A stretch of DNA of 55,624 bases from Candidatus Aenigmatarchaeota archaeon (GCA_003663355.1 QMZV01000001.1:1-55624); one strand, 5' to 3'. Positions 33,306 to 42,907 are shown, counted from the first letter of the stretch. Numbers and translations: made by a program. The notes: generated from the letters alone by a model not told the origin.

Positions 33306-34829
33306 CTACTCAACTTCAATATCAACAAAAATTGGAGATTTTATTTTTATTTCTTTCTTGTTGTCAAGCAGATATTTTAAAATTTCATTTTTCAATTTTA
33401 AGTTAATTGAAGGCAAGGTGTCAGCATATCTTATTGTTAATCTTCCTTTTTTTCCATTTTCTATCTGATAGGCAAAATAATTTGAAATTGAATCTAAAAA
33501 AGAGCAGACATAAACCCCATTTTTTATAATCTTCTCAAATTTCTTGTCATCTGATTTTACTCCGAGAATATTTCCATTATAAACATAAATTTCATTTAGA
33601 CCACCAGGACCTAATAACTTTTTTCCTTCCTCTGGTTCAGAGACATAGATTTTTATATCTTTATCATATATTTTCTTTCTTGCTATTCCAATTAAATCTT
33701 TGTTTTCAATAATACCAAGTTTAATAATCTTTGCAATTTTTTTACCTTCTTTTGTTTTCGGTTTTTTATCTATTTTAATTCCGGCTGCAATCTCTAAGTC
33801 AGAAAATTCAAATTTTTTTGGATAATATAACTCTCTAATATCTTTTATATTTTCCAGAGCCATCACAATTCTTCCAAGCCCTGGACCAGAATTAAAAACA
33901 GGATATTTTATTTTATAATTCGCAAGGGAAACAGGAGAATACATACCAATTTCAGAAACTTCAATCCAACCAATTTTTTTGTGTTTTACAAAAACCTCGT
34001 AATTTGTCCCCGGAGCATAGTAAGCTGGCTGATTTGGTTTTATTTTAAATTTCACATGTTCAAAACCTAATTTTTTGAAGAATTTTTCTGTCAACTCTTT
34101 TCCATTTTCAATTTTAAAATCTTCGTCCATAACAATCATTGAGAAATTCAGATGCGCCCTCAGATGTTTTTTGTCTTCCCTCTGTTCCCTTCTAAATCTC
34201 CACACAAGAGAGAAAAGCATTATTGGATGTTCTTTTTTATCCTGCAATTCTGCCAGCAAGGGAAACCATGCCGTTGTTGCATGCGATATCAAAGAAAAAT
34301 TTGTTGGTTCAGGCTTTAATTCAAGCAATTCTTTAAAAACAGTATTTATTAAATAAAGAGCATCAGAAGTTTTAATTTTTAATCTTGAAACAAGAGATTC
34401 CGTAAAATCTTCTCCGCCTTCTATTTCGTTTCTCTTGTATTCCTTTAGAATTTCCTGCAATTCTCTAAATTTTTTGAAATTTGGCAATCTTCTTCTAATT
34501 AACTCTTTTTTTTCATTTGATAAACCAATATCAGGTCTTGGAATTGTTGCAAGGTAATACAATCGATCCAAAATTGCTCCCGCTTCAGGTCCATATTGTT
34601 TTTTGACTTCTTCATCAAGTTGAATTGGATTTAAAATAACTTCATCAAAACCCATTTTTAAGAGAATCTCTCTAATTCTAAAAATATATTTCCACAACAG
34701 ATGCTCGGAACCCCTTTTCTTTTTTTCAGTAAACTTTCCTTTTCCTTTTACCAATTCTGCAGTTTTTTTCCATTCAAGTTCCCAGTTCTCCTTTGCTTTT
34801 TTCTTTATTTCTTCTGGATTAAATAACAT
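33306..34829 (-). CDS. sepS: O-phosphoseryl-tRNA(Cys) ligase (SepRS)
   Basis: Collinear by eye with methanogen SepRS as I recall it. Shared blocks: GFDEVILNPI, LDRLYYLATIPRPDIGLS, SHATTAWF, LFSLVWRFRREQ, GWIEVSEIGMYSP and GPGLGRIVMAL. Confidence 0.8.
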   Translation of the reverse strand: MLFNPEEIKKKAKENWELEWKKTAELVKGKGKFTEKKKRGSEHLLWKYIFRIREILLKMGFDEVILNPIQLDEEVKKQYGPEAGAILDRLYYLATIPRPDIGLSNEKKELIRRRLPNFKKFRELQEILKEYKRNEIEGGEDFTESLVSRLKIKTSDALYLINTVFKELLELKPEPTNFSLISHATTAWFPLLAELQDKKEHPIMLFSLVWRFRREQREDKKHLRAHLNFSMIVMDEDFKIENGKELTEKFFKKLGFEHVKFKIKPNQPAYYAPGTNYEVFVKHKKIGWIEVSEIGMYSPVSLANYKIKYPVFNSGPGLGRIVMALENIKDIRELYYPKKFEFSDLEIAAGIKIDKKPKTKEGKKIAKIIKLGIIENKDLIGIARKKIYDKDIKIYVSEPEEGKKLLGPGGLNEIYVYNGNILGVKSDDKKFEKIIKNGVYVCSFLDSISNYFAYQIENGKKGRLTIRYADTLPSINLKLKNEILKYLLDNKKEIKIKSPIFVDIEVE

Positions 34830-34853
34830 AATAAATTATCTTTAATAGATTAT

Positions 34854-35903
34854 ATGATGTACGATATTGCAATAATTGGAGGGGGGATTGCCGGTTTATA
34901 TTTTGCGAGTTTGCTAAAAGATAAAAAAGTTTTATTAATTGAGGAGCACAAAAATTTAGGCCCAAGAAGATGCAGCGGAATTGTTTCTAACAGAATTAAT
35001 AATTTTTTTGAGCTGCCAAAAACAATAATTGAAAAAGAAGTTAATAAAGCGATTATCAGTTATAAGAATTTAACAGGGATAATAAATTTTGATTCAATTG
35101 TTTTGGACAAAGAAAGATTGGAATGGTTTTTATTAAGAGAAGCAAAAAAATGTGTTGAGATAAAATTTGAAAAAGTTAATAAGATATTTGAAGATTATTA
35201 CGGTGTAATAATTTCCACCAAAAACGAAGATTACAGAACAAAATACCTTGTAGGTTGCGATGGTCCAAACTCCCTTGTAAGAAGAATCTTTATAAAAGAA
35301 GAACCAAAAAAATTCTACTTTGGAAAATTCTGCTATTCAAAGGAAAAATCTAAAGATTATTTTCAGATTTTTTTTGACCCAAAATACTCCGACTTATTTT
35401 CTTGGATTGCTCCAAGAAAGGGAAAAGTTGAGTATGGTTTAATTTCTGAAAAAAAATTGAGTTATTATTATGAAAATTTTTTGCATGATAAAAAACCAAA
35501 ATATATAACTGATGAAGGATTTGGAGTTATTCCAACAGGAATGTGCAAATGCTCATTTGATAAAGGAATTTTGATAGGAAACTCGTGCGGGCAAACAAAA
35601 CCGTTGACAGGAGGAGGAATAATATATTCTTTGATTGCAGCAAAAATTGCTGCTAAAGAATTTAACAAGGATAAACCAAACCTTAAAAATTACGAAAAAG
35701 AATGCAAAAAAATTTTTGGAAAAGAGATAAAATATCAATTATGGCTTAGGAAAATTTATTCAAAATTGAGTGACAAAAAGAAAGAAAAATTAGTAAAATT
35801 AATTTCAAATAGCAAATTAAAAATTGACATGGACTTTCCAGTTACAGATATTCTGAGAAATCATAAAATGAAGGTTTTGAGGAGTTTATTTAGCAAAGTT
35901 TAA
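34854..35903 (+). CDS. geranylgeranyl reductase-family FAD-dependent oxidoreductase
   Basis: YDIAIIGGGIAGLYFA dinucleotide fold, GCDGPNSLVRR, and GNSCGQTKPLTGGGIIYS. Confidence 0.7.
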   Translation: MMYDIAIIGGGIAGLYFASLLKDKKVLLIEEHKNLGPRRCSGIVSNRINNFFELPKTIIEKEVNKAIISYKNLTGIINFDSIVLDKERLEWFLLREAKKCVEIKFEKVNKIFEDYYGVIISTKNEDYRTKYLVGCDGPNSLVRRIFIKEEPKKFYFGKFCYSKEKSKDYFQIFFDPKYSDLFSWIAPRKGKVEYGLISEKKLSYYYENFLHDKKPKYITDEGFGVIPTGMCKCSFDKGILIGNSCGQTKPLTGGGIIYSLIAAKIAAKEFNKDKPNLKNYEKECKKIFGKEIKYQLWLRKIYSKLSDKKKEKLVKLISNSKLKIDMDFPVTDILRNHKMKVLRSLFSKV

Positions 35904-35950
35904 TTTTGTTAAAAAAGTTTGCATTTTTGCCAATTATCAGAAGGATAATT

Positions 35951-35980
35951 CCCATAGTTCAACAAACGCTAAACTATGGG
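35951..35980. other. intergenic stem-loop (9-bp stem cccatagtt/aactatggg, 12-nt loop) between convergent genes
   Basis: Perfect inverted repeat at 35951-35959 and 35972-35980, lying between the stops of the reductase gene and scpB. It could be a terminator-like element or a small RNA. Confidence 0.3.
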
Positions 35981-36043
35981 GAGTATAATAAATATATTTT
36001 GGTAAAAATGTATTTATAGTTTTTTGTGATAGATAATATATCT

Positions 36044-36523
36044 CTAATTATTCACAAATTTCTCCAAATTAGTTTTCTCTATCTTTTTCCCAAAATAATC
36101 AACAAATAATTTTGTTGTCTTCAATATTTTCGTTCTTCCGCTCTTCTTTGCTGAAATTAAACCTCTTTTTTCTAATTCATGCACATATTCATAAGTTCGG
36201 TTTCCTATTGTGTTGACAAGCACATTTTGTTTTATTGGACCTTTAAAAGCAATTATTGAAAGAGCTTTTAGCAATCCAGGAGATAAATCTCTATAAGGAG
36301 AGAGTTTTTTAACTTTATGCAGAACTTCTGGATTAACAATTAGTTGATATGTATTCTCTGCTTCAACCAATTTTATCCCGCTTTCCTCATTATATTTTTC
36401 TTTTAATTCCTCTATTTTTTTCCTAATCTCACTTGAAGAAGTCTGAGTCAGTTCAACCAATCCTTCAATTGTTATTGGCTTTGAACTTAAAAACAAAGCA
36501 GCTTCTATTATTTTCTTAAGCAT
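36044..36523 (-). CDS. scpB: segregation and condensation protein B (ScpB)
   Basis: IIEAALFLSSKPITIEGL opening and two wHTH-like halves (...ALSIIAFKGPIKQNVLVNTIG...ELEKRGLI). ATG 36523. The TTG at 36550 would overlap the upstream stop. Confidence 0.75.
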   Translation of the reverse strand: MLKKIIEAALFLSSKPITIEGLVELTQTSSSEIRKKIEELKEKYNEESGIKLVEAENTYQLIVNPEVLHKVKKLSPYRDLSPGLLKALSIIAFKGPIKQNVLVNTIGNRTYEYVHELEKRGLISAKKSGRTKILKTTKLFVDYFGKKIEKTNLEKFVNN

Positions 36524-36546
36524 AATTATTTCTAAAATAAAATTAT

Positions 36547-38121
36547 TCAATCTGTATAATGCGGATTCTTTATCTGCAAACTTTCACTTTTCTCCATTTC
36601 AACTCTGTAAGTTGCATGTGCTTTTATTCCAAAAGTGAGTTTTGGATCTTCTTTTTTCCATAGACCTTTTTTCAAAGAGAGTGTTAATCCGGTATACAAC
36701 AATTCATCATCACCTGGTTTTATTTTCAAATCATTTTTCTCTCCAGCATATTTTATTTCACAAACATTATTTACACAAGAACAACTGCTAATTTTCCCTT
36801 CTTCACTCAATTTTTTATTGCAACTTAATTCGATATAGTTTCCAACATCTCCGATCGGTTTTATTATTATTTTATCATATTCTGTTCCATTCCTCTCTCT
36901 TTTACCTTTTCTTCTATAAATTGGTTCTCCACCACATTCTACACAAGCGCTCTCATTGTTTATATTTATTGTAATGTTTTTTCCTTCTTCCTCTTTTTCA
37001 CATTTATCTAATTTTTGTGAAGTGTTTGTTTTATTTACACAATATTGATATTTATAATCGCCCAGCGGTGTCCAATCTTGCATTTCATTTTTAATAGATT
37101 CTAGAGTTCCCTCAAACCATTTATATTCATATTTCCCTCTGAAAACAATTGTTCCTTTTCTCCTCTCATTTTTTAGACTTATTGGAATTATACCCTCTCT
37201 AAAACCTTCTCCAGCCCCTTCCCAAATTAAAGGAAGAAAAGTGTACATTAAAATATTTGCAGGAGCAGCTTTTTCTTTTGCAGATTCTACCCTAAATTTA
37301 GGTATAGTCTCATTAACATTTTTTATAACTTCAATATCTAAATAAGATTCTGTTTCATAATCATAGGAGTAAGTTGTTTTTATTGTTCCTCCTATAACCA
37401 TTTTGTTTTTTGCATAGGTACACTTAACTTTTTCATCCCAAGGGTCATTTATTCTTCCTGTTAGACTAAAATAATGGTTTGTTTCCTTTCTTATTTTATC
37501 AGAATGATCTCCATTAATACTTTTAATATTAAGAACTTCTAAATTTTCACAAACTTCATATTTACCTCCACTTGTGTTTATTTCCACATTTTTAGCATCA
37601 TAATCACCTTTATTTTCTAAAGTCATCCAAATCTGAATTGGCATTCCTGCATAAATTTCTGTACGAGGTTGCATCTGGAATTCTGTAATTTCAAGACCAA
37701 AATTTTCTGGTTTTTCTTCTGGTGCTGGTGGCTGCTCAGTTAAAACGCACTCTCTCTGATAAGCCATAGGATTTGTGAAAATTAACACTAAACAATGAAT
37801 CTGCTTTTCTGCCATCTCTGGCATACCTGATAAACTTTCTGAAATTTGGCTCATTGGGCCTCTCAAATAAGTTGCATAAGGTCCATAAGCTGCATAGCCG
37901 AGAACCATCACAATTACAAAAAATACAAACATACCTGAAAATCTAAAGGGCCAGGCAATCAAAAAAAGAATTGCAAAATTTATTAATGCGAGTCCTCCTA
38001 TAAATATACCAAACATTTGAGGGCCAAAATCAGCAATTCCAAAATATTCTACAAATAAAGCTGCAGTTAAGGCTACCAAAAAACCACAAACTAAAGCCTC
38101 CAAAAAATCTGCTTCTCTCAT
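36547..38121 (-). CDS. membrane protein with a large Cys-containing extracellular domain (CARDB-like start)
   Basis: Three to four N-terminal TM helices, a PAPEEKPE linker, then LEITEFQMQP...IQIWMTLENKGDYDAKNVEI. The ectodomain resembles that of 47878..48792. Confidence 0.55.
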   Translation of the reverse strand: MREADFLEALVCGFLVALTAALFVEYFGIADFGPQMFGIFIGGLALINFAILFLIAWPFRFSGMFVFFVIVMVLGYAAYGPYATYLRGPMSQISESLSGMPEMAEKQIHCLVLIFTNPMAYQRECVLTEQPPAPEEKPENFGLEITEFQMQPRTEIYAGMPIQIWMTLENKGDYDAKNVEINTSGGKYEVCENLEVLNIKSINGDHSDKIRKETNHYFSLTGRINDPWDEKVKCTYAKNKMVIGGTIKTTYSYDYETESYLDIEVIKNVNETIPKFRVESAKEKAAPANILMYTFLPLIWEGAGEGFREGIIPISLKNERRKGTIVFRGKYEYKWFEGTLESIKNEMQDWTPLGDYKYQYCVNKTNTSQKLDKCEKEEEGKNITININNESACVECGGEPIYRRKGKRERNGTEYDKIIIKPIGDVGNYIELSCNKKLSEEGKISSCSCVNNVCEIKYAGEKNDLKIKPGDDELLYTGLTLSLKKGLWKKEDPKLTFGIKAHATYRVEMEKSESLQIKNPHYTD

Positions 38122-38243
38122 TCTTCTTCACCAAAACTGCAAACAGTTTTATCATTTACCCTATTTTCGCTTTCAGCTCGATAGGCTTCATTTTTTTCTA
38201 ATAAAAATTTAAATTTTTTCCAAATCAAATTGTTTTTTGTCAT
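38118..38243 (-). CDS. 41-aa linker ORF
   Basis: MTKNNLIWKKFKFLLEKNEAYRAESENRVNDKTVCSFGEEE. Both its ATG and its TGA form ATGA overlaps with the flanking genes. Not in the ORF track because it is under 60 aa. Confidence 0.3.
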   Translation of the reverse strand: MTKNNLIWKKFKFLLEKNEAYRAESENRVNDKTVCSFGEEE

Positions 38244-40276
38244 TTTTGTTCACCTTCTTCATCATTTTTTTCTTCTTTTTCCCTGCTTACTTTTATTTTT
38301 TTTATCAGTGTTTTTAATGATTTTTCTTTTTCATTCTTTTCTTCTTTCTTTTCATTATCTGCCTGGGCTTCTTCTGCTTTTTTCCTTGCTTCTATTTCTT
38401 CTATCTGTTTTTTCAGTAATTCTTCTTCAAGCGCTTCTTTCATACTCTTCCCTCCACTCCAAGACCATAACAAAAATAAGAGAAAGGTGTTTAATCCAGA
38501 AAAAAGAGCAAGAGCGCCCAGAGAAATAGAAATTCCCGCCCAGTTTAAAAAAGCGGGAACTACTAATATTAATAAAGCCAAAGTAGCACCTAATTCTATT
38601 ATCTTTATTGGTAATCTTCCTCTTCCTTTTGGTATCCAATCATAAACTATAAATGCTCCGCCTAAAAATAACAAAGCCAATCCGTACCAAATCACACCAA
38701 AAACGAATGCAAGTAAACCTCCTGTTATTATAATTAATACACCTATTTTCTGTTTAAAACTAAATTTATCCATTTCTGGAGCTACAATTAAAAGATAACC
38801 AATACCAATAATTATAGCAGGTATTCCAATAATCCACAATCTTGGCCAAAAGATAAGTATTAATATTCCAATTCCAATCGCAACAATTGGTAAAATAATT
38901 TTTGCGTATTCTTCTACATTTTTTGAAGGTTTTCCTTCATATATTTTTGTTTTTCCGCGTTTGAACAATCTTTTTAGAGGTGGTTGATATTCTTCTCCTC
39001 TATAGAATTTATATTTACAATCTAAACATGTATATACTCCTAATTCTCCGGGTCCAGGTGGTTTTATATTTTTACTTCCACATCTTGGACATGTCGGAAT
39101 TTTTCCTTTAACAAAAGGATATTTAATTCCATGTCCAACTTTTTTAATTCTTTCTTTTAGTAATTGTCTATCAATAGCCTTTACCTCTTCTTCACTAATA
39201 TCTTGTTCATAAGGCAGTTCTGATTCTGCAAATTCTTTTGATTTTTCTTCTATTAATTTTTCTAGATTATAGTGAAATATATCATAATCTCCCAATATCT
39301 TACTATCTTTTATCAAACTTCCAACATTATACAATCCGCTCAACCTCTGAAATTTTTCTTTCAAGATTTTTTTTATTCCTTCTATTTCTCTCGGTGATTT
39401 ACATCTTCTTATTTTATCTTCCCATATATTTAACTTTTCATGGGACCATTTCTCCAAAAATCCTTTTATTTCATCTTTGCTATATCCAAGTTCTTCTAAT
39501 TTTTTTATGACTTCTATTGGACTTACTTCCCAGACTATATAATTCCTTTTAAGTTCTTCTCTTTCAAGAATTTCATGTGTTGGTCTCTTTTTTGCTTTTT
39601 CTTGCCATTCTTTTTCTTCTCTTTCAATTCTTCTTCTCAATTCTTCTTCTTCCCTAATTGTTTTTGACTTGAATGCTCTACCAAGTAATTCCTCTAATTC
39701 CTCTTTTTTATTTTCTATTAATTTTTTTAGACCTGGATAAGTTGGTGTACCATGATATATCCAGTAATCATTTCCAGGCAATCCCCCATGCTTTTGCATT
39801 TCTCTTTCTAACTCTTTTTCTATTCGGGTTAAACTATATATATCCTTACAATTTTTTATTTTGCTCTCCCATTCTTCTTGCTCTTTAGTTAACCATTCTT
39901 CTTTCATTGATTTTTTTAACCATTCTTCTCTTGTTTCAAGCTCTCTAATTTCTCCACTAGTTTTACCACTAAATGGAATTTTAAATCTTTCATCTGCTAC
40001 TCTTCCTTCTTTTAATATATCTTCATTTCTCTTTACGAAATCTTCCAATTTTTCAAAACATTCCCCAACTTTACTTTCATCAAATCCAGGTCCTTTACGA
40101 GTTATACGATAATGTTTATCTATCCAATCAAGTTCCCCCATTATTATTCCTTTTGTTACATCATCCAATTCTATTTTTTTTATTTTATCTCTAAGTTTCT
40201 TTACAATTTTTTGAAGAGTTGTTCTATCTTTTGGTCTCTTTCCAACAAACTCAAATAAATCTTCCAATATTCCCAT
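38240..40276 (-). CDS. coiled-coil / zinc-ribbon / polytopic membrane protein, unknown function
   Basis: Internal ~65-aa duplication (EEWESKIKNCKDIYSLTRIEKEL...GNDYWIYH...LKKLIENKKEE versus NIWEDKIRRCKSPREIEGIKKIL...GDYDIFHY...LEKLIEEKSKE). Zinc ribbon CPRCGSKN...CLDCKYKF. Six or so TM helices and a K/E-rich tail. ATG 40276. Confidence 0.55.
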   Translation of the reverse strand: MGILEDLFEFVGKRPKDRTTLQKIVKKLRDKIKKIELDDVTKGIIMGELDWIDKHYRITRKGPGFDESKVGECFEKLEDFVKRNEDILKEGRVADERFKIPFSGKTSGEIRELETREEWLKKSMKEEWLTKEQEEWESKIKNCKDIYSLTRIEKELEREMQKHGGLPGNDYWIYHGTPTYPGLKKLIENKKEELEELLGRAFKSKTIREEEELRRRIEREEKEWQEKAKKRPTHEILEREELKRNYIVWEVSPIEVIKKLEELGYSKDEIKGFLEKWSHEKLNIWEDKIRRCKSPREIEGIKKILKEKFQRLSGLYNVGSLIKDSKILGDYDIFHYNLEKLIEEKSKEFAESELPYEQDISEEEVKAIDRQLLKERIKKVGHGIKYPFVKGKIPTCPRCGSKNIKPPGPGELGVYTCLDCKYKFYRGEEYQPPLKRLFKRGKTKIYEGKPSKNVEEYAKIILPIVAIGIGILILIFWPRLWIIGIPAIIIGIGYLLIVAPEMDKFSFKQKIGVLIIITGGLLAFVFGVIWYGLALLFLGGAFIVYDWIPKGRGRLPIKIIELGATLALLILVVPAFLNWAGISISLGALALFSGLNTFLLFLLWSWSGGKSMKEALEEELLKKQIEEIEARKKAEEAQADNEKKEEKNEKEKSLKTLIKKIKVSREKEEKNDEEGEQK

Positions 40277-40332
40277 CCTTAAATTAATTTCTCTTTTTTC
40301 CTTAAAAAGAGGATACAAATAAGAATCCTAAA

Positions 40333-40620
40333 TTAATTTGAACAACCCTTTAACTTTTTAAGTCCTAAAACATATTCACCATCTATTTTAGCAGGGTCTG
40401 TTTGATTACCTTTACTGTCTACTAGTTTAATTTTGTGTCCGCTATGTTTGACTAAAAAAGGTATCCAATTGTTAATGAGTATGTGAAGATCAGTTCCTTT
40501 CATATCAGAATCATATGTCATAGGAACTGTTTTTAAATTGTAATCACCATCAACTGAAAACTCAACCCACTCAGAATGTTTCCCGCAATTTTCACATTCT
40601 AATCTATAATTGAGTCCCAT
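40333..40620 (-). CDS. hypothetical 95-aa protein
   Basis: ORF with an N-terminal CENC pair, lying 14-56 nt upstream of the next gene on the same strand. Confidence 0.4.
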   Translation of the reverse strand: MGLNYRLECENCGKHSEWVEFSVDGDYNLKTVPMTYDSDMKGTDLHILINNWIPFLVKHSGHKIKLVDSKGNQTDPAKIDGEYVLGLKKLKGCSN

Positions 40621-40646
40621 AAATTACAATTATAAAAAAGCAGTTG

Positions 40647-41223
40647 TTAAACCCACACTTCTTTTACTCTATAATCCGCTTTTATACTGTCCATCAATTC
40701 TTTTAATTTCTCAAATTTTTCTTTTTTTATAAGAAGTACTCCCTTGCCAATCTTTGAATTTTTATCAGCAATTTTTTTAACATTTCTCAGCAATTTTTTC
40801 TTATCTTTTTCATGCAAATTTTTTGTGCTATATTTTATTAATAGATAAGGAGATAAAGATTTTTTTAAATACTCACTAAAAATTTTTTCAGGGTAAGGCG
40901 AGAGAAATAAACCTTTATTACAAATTTCAAAAAGAAAAGAGGACTCAACATCTTTTTTTTCTCGCAAATTAAAAAAACAAAAGAAAATGGATTCTCTAAT
41001 TTATATATTTTTTCGATTTCACTAGCAAGTTTTTGGGTTATCCTCATCTCTCTTCCAACTTCCGGATTATGTTTACAATCAAATACCAAAACTAAATCTA
41101 TATCGCTGTTAATTTGCCTTCTAATGCTGAACCAAAGAAAACACTCCCAACCAAATTAGGAATTTTTTTGCTCTTCTTGCAAAATTCTATTACTGCCTTC
41201 TCTATATTTATTCTTTCCACCAT
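40647..41223 (-). pseudogene. minimal nucleotidyltransferase (MNT-type) gene split across three reading frames
   Basis: From ATG 41223: MVERINIEKAVIEFCKK...VFFGSALEGKLTAI*. The next frame reads INSDIDLVLVFDCKHNPEVGREM..., and together these reconstruct the GSxxxGxxxxxSDIDL NTase motif. A further 106-codon ORF follows in a third frame across an A8 run. Confidence 0.5.
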
Positions 41224-41440
41224 TTTTCTATTTCTTCTAAAATTTCCAAACATTTTCTAACAACTGTTCCATTACCTTTTCCACCATACCATCTGCCAAA
41301 TTTTTAAATGTCTATTAAGGGACAAAAAACCATAAAAATTGAAAAAAGTGTCACTTTAGGGACATTATTATTCTAGCCTTGTTTTCTTGCAATTTTCCGA
41401 GAATATACCAAACTAAAACAAGTGGTATCTGCTACATAGA

Positions 41441-41653
41441 CTAACTTCTCTTAAAATCAGATGTAAATGCTAACTTAAACACAGATTTCTTCGCTTCTTC
41501 TATGTCTTCTTCACTCACTTTAATTCCCTTTAATGCTCCTCTCAAAGAAACAATTTGTTTTGGTGTTTGTCTGCTTTGAATTATCAAAATCTTCAAACTC
41601 CGAATTTCATTCTTTATTTCTTCCAATTCAGGATAAATTTGCTCTAATTTCAT
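41441..41653 (-). CDS. small antitoxin-like protein
   Basis: 70 aa. ...SLRGALKGIKVSEEDIEEAKKSVF resembles the C-terminal region of archaeal VapB-type small antitoxins. Confidence 0.3.
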   Translation of the reverse strand: MKLEQIYPELEEIKNEIRSLKILIIQSRQTPKQIVSLRGALKGIKVSEEDIEEAKKSVFKLAFTSDFKRS

Positions 41654-41673
41654 TATTTAATTTACTTAAATAA

Positions 41674-42339
41674 CTATTTTTCAAGATCAACAACTTTTTT
41701 CTCCCTATTTTTTTCTATCAAATCTGGCAGAAATTGTTTGAATGCTCTCTCAAGCGCATTATATTTTATAACAACCTCTTCAATATTTTCCTTTAGTTTT
41801 TCAATTTCATTCCTAATTTCTTCAATTTCTTTATCTCTCTTCTGGATTGAAGAAACGAATAGAGCTTTTAATCCTTCTATGTCTTCTTTCAGTTTTTTAT
41901 GCTCTTTGTTAATGAACTCAAATTTTGTGTCTAATTTTTCAAACTTTTCCTCTACAACTCCTTCAACAACTTCCTCAATTAAATCAACAGGACCAGATTC
42001 CATCTCAAGACCTTCCTGCCTTGGAGGTAATGTAAGAATTGGCTTTGGAGTTAATTCTTCTCTTGTTGGAAGTTCATATTTTTGTTCAGAGGGTTCAAAC
42101 TCAAACTTCCTTTGATTATAATCTCTTTCTTTACTTTGTGTTGGAGTTTCTCTTTTTGAACTAACTCCGTACTTCAATGCTTGCAACATTGCTCTTTCAA
42201 TTGCTTGAAAAGAATAACCCTTATTTTTTAGTTCATTGATTATTTCTCTATCAGATTTTCCACTCTCTCTTAATTTTTTTACTTCTTCTGTTGGAATAGA
42301 ACTAATCTCCTCCTCCCTATGACTGAATGGAAATTTCAT
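41674..42339 (-). CDS. UBA-like N-terminal domain plus coiled-coil protein
   Basis: EEVKKLRESGKSDREIINELKNKGYSFQAIERAM resembles UBA/TS-N-type helices. An acidic linker is followed by a long heptad-rich C-terminus. Confidence 0.4.
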   Translation of the reverse strand: MKFPFSHREEEISSIPTEEVKKLRESGKSDREIINELKNKGYSFQAIERAMLQALKYGVSSKRETPTQSKERDYNQRKFEFEPSEQKYELPTREELTPKPILTLPPRQEGLEMESGPVDLIEEVVEGVVEEKFEKLDTKFEFINKEHKKLKEDIEGLKALFVSSIQKRDKEIEEIRNEIEKLKENIEEVVIKYNALERAFKQFLPDLIEKNREKKVVDLEK

Positions 42340-42715
42340 TTTTTAATTTTTTTATTTCTCTATTAAACTCTTTCCAAGTAACAAATTCATGTTTCATTGG
42401 TGATAGCAAGTCAACAAACTTTGACAATTCCTCAACTTCGCTTCTTTTTGCAAAACTTTTATTTTTTTCCTGTATTTTTAAGATTTCATTTTTCAAATCA
42501 CTTATGCTTTTATTCATCCCCTCTATTTCTTCCATAACTTTGCTAAATTTTTCATTAATTACTTTATTCTCTTTTATTTTCTGTTGTTCAATATTCTCAA
42601 TTTTTGAGTTAATACTCCTTATCTGCTCATCTATATTCCTTAACCTTTGGGTGTGCAAATTTGCTCTTCTTACCAACTCTTGCAGAATTAAAGTATCTTG
42701 CTTCACCTCAGGCAT
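42317..42715 (-). CDS. coiled-coil protein
   Basis: 132 aa, heptad-rich throughout. Overlaps the downstream gene by 23 nt. Confidence 0.4.
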   Translation of the reverse strand: MPEVKQDTLILQELVRRANLHTQRLRNIDEQIRSINSKIENIEQQKIKENKVINEKFSKVMEEIEGMNKSISDLKNEILKIQEKNKSFAKRSEVEELSKFVDLLSPMKHEFVTWKEFNREIKKLKNEISIQS

Positions 42716-42743
42716 AATTATATATAAAAGTAAATATTCTCTA

Positions 42744-42884
42744 TTAATTATATTTCTTAAACCCTATTCTTCTTGCGACTTCTCTGAAACAATGCCTGCA
42801 ATAATATAAGTGGTATTTAGTTATCACTCCAGTTGTTGTTCCGCACCTCCTGCATATTGCCAATTTATTACTCTTTTTCTCCAT
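42744..42884 (-). CDS. rps14: 30S ribosomal protein uS14 (zinc-ribbon type)
   Basis: 46-aa ORF missed by the track: MEKKSNKLAICRRCGTTTGVITKYHLYYCRHCFREVARRIGFKKYN. It has the CxxC...CxxC plus CFRExA signature of archaeal S14. Confidence 0.85.
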   Translation of the reverse strand: MEKKSNKLAICRRCGTTTGVITKYHLYYCRHCFREVARRIGFKKYN

Positions 42885-42907
42885 ATAATAAATTATTAAA
42901 ATTTAAT

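Noticed and set aside
38230-40112. Several plus-strand ORFs (38230..38529, 39238..39510, 39673..39888, 39861..40112)
   Set aside because: All are Leu/Phe/Ser-rich antisense frames of the K/E-rich 678-aa gene. The complement of AAR/GAR codons naturally lacks stops.
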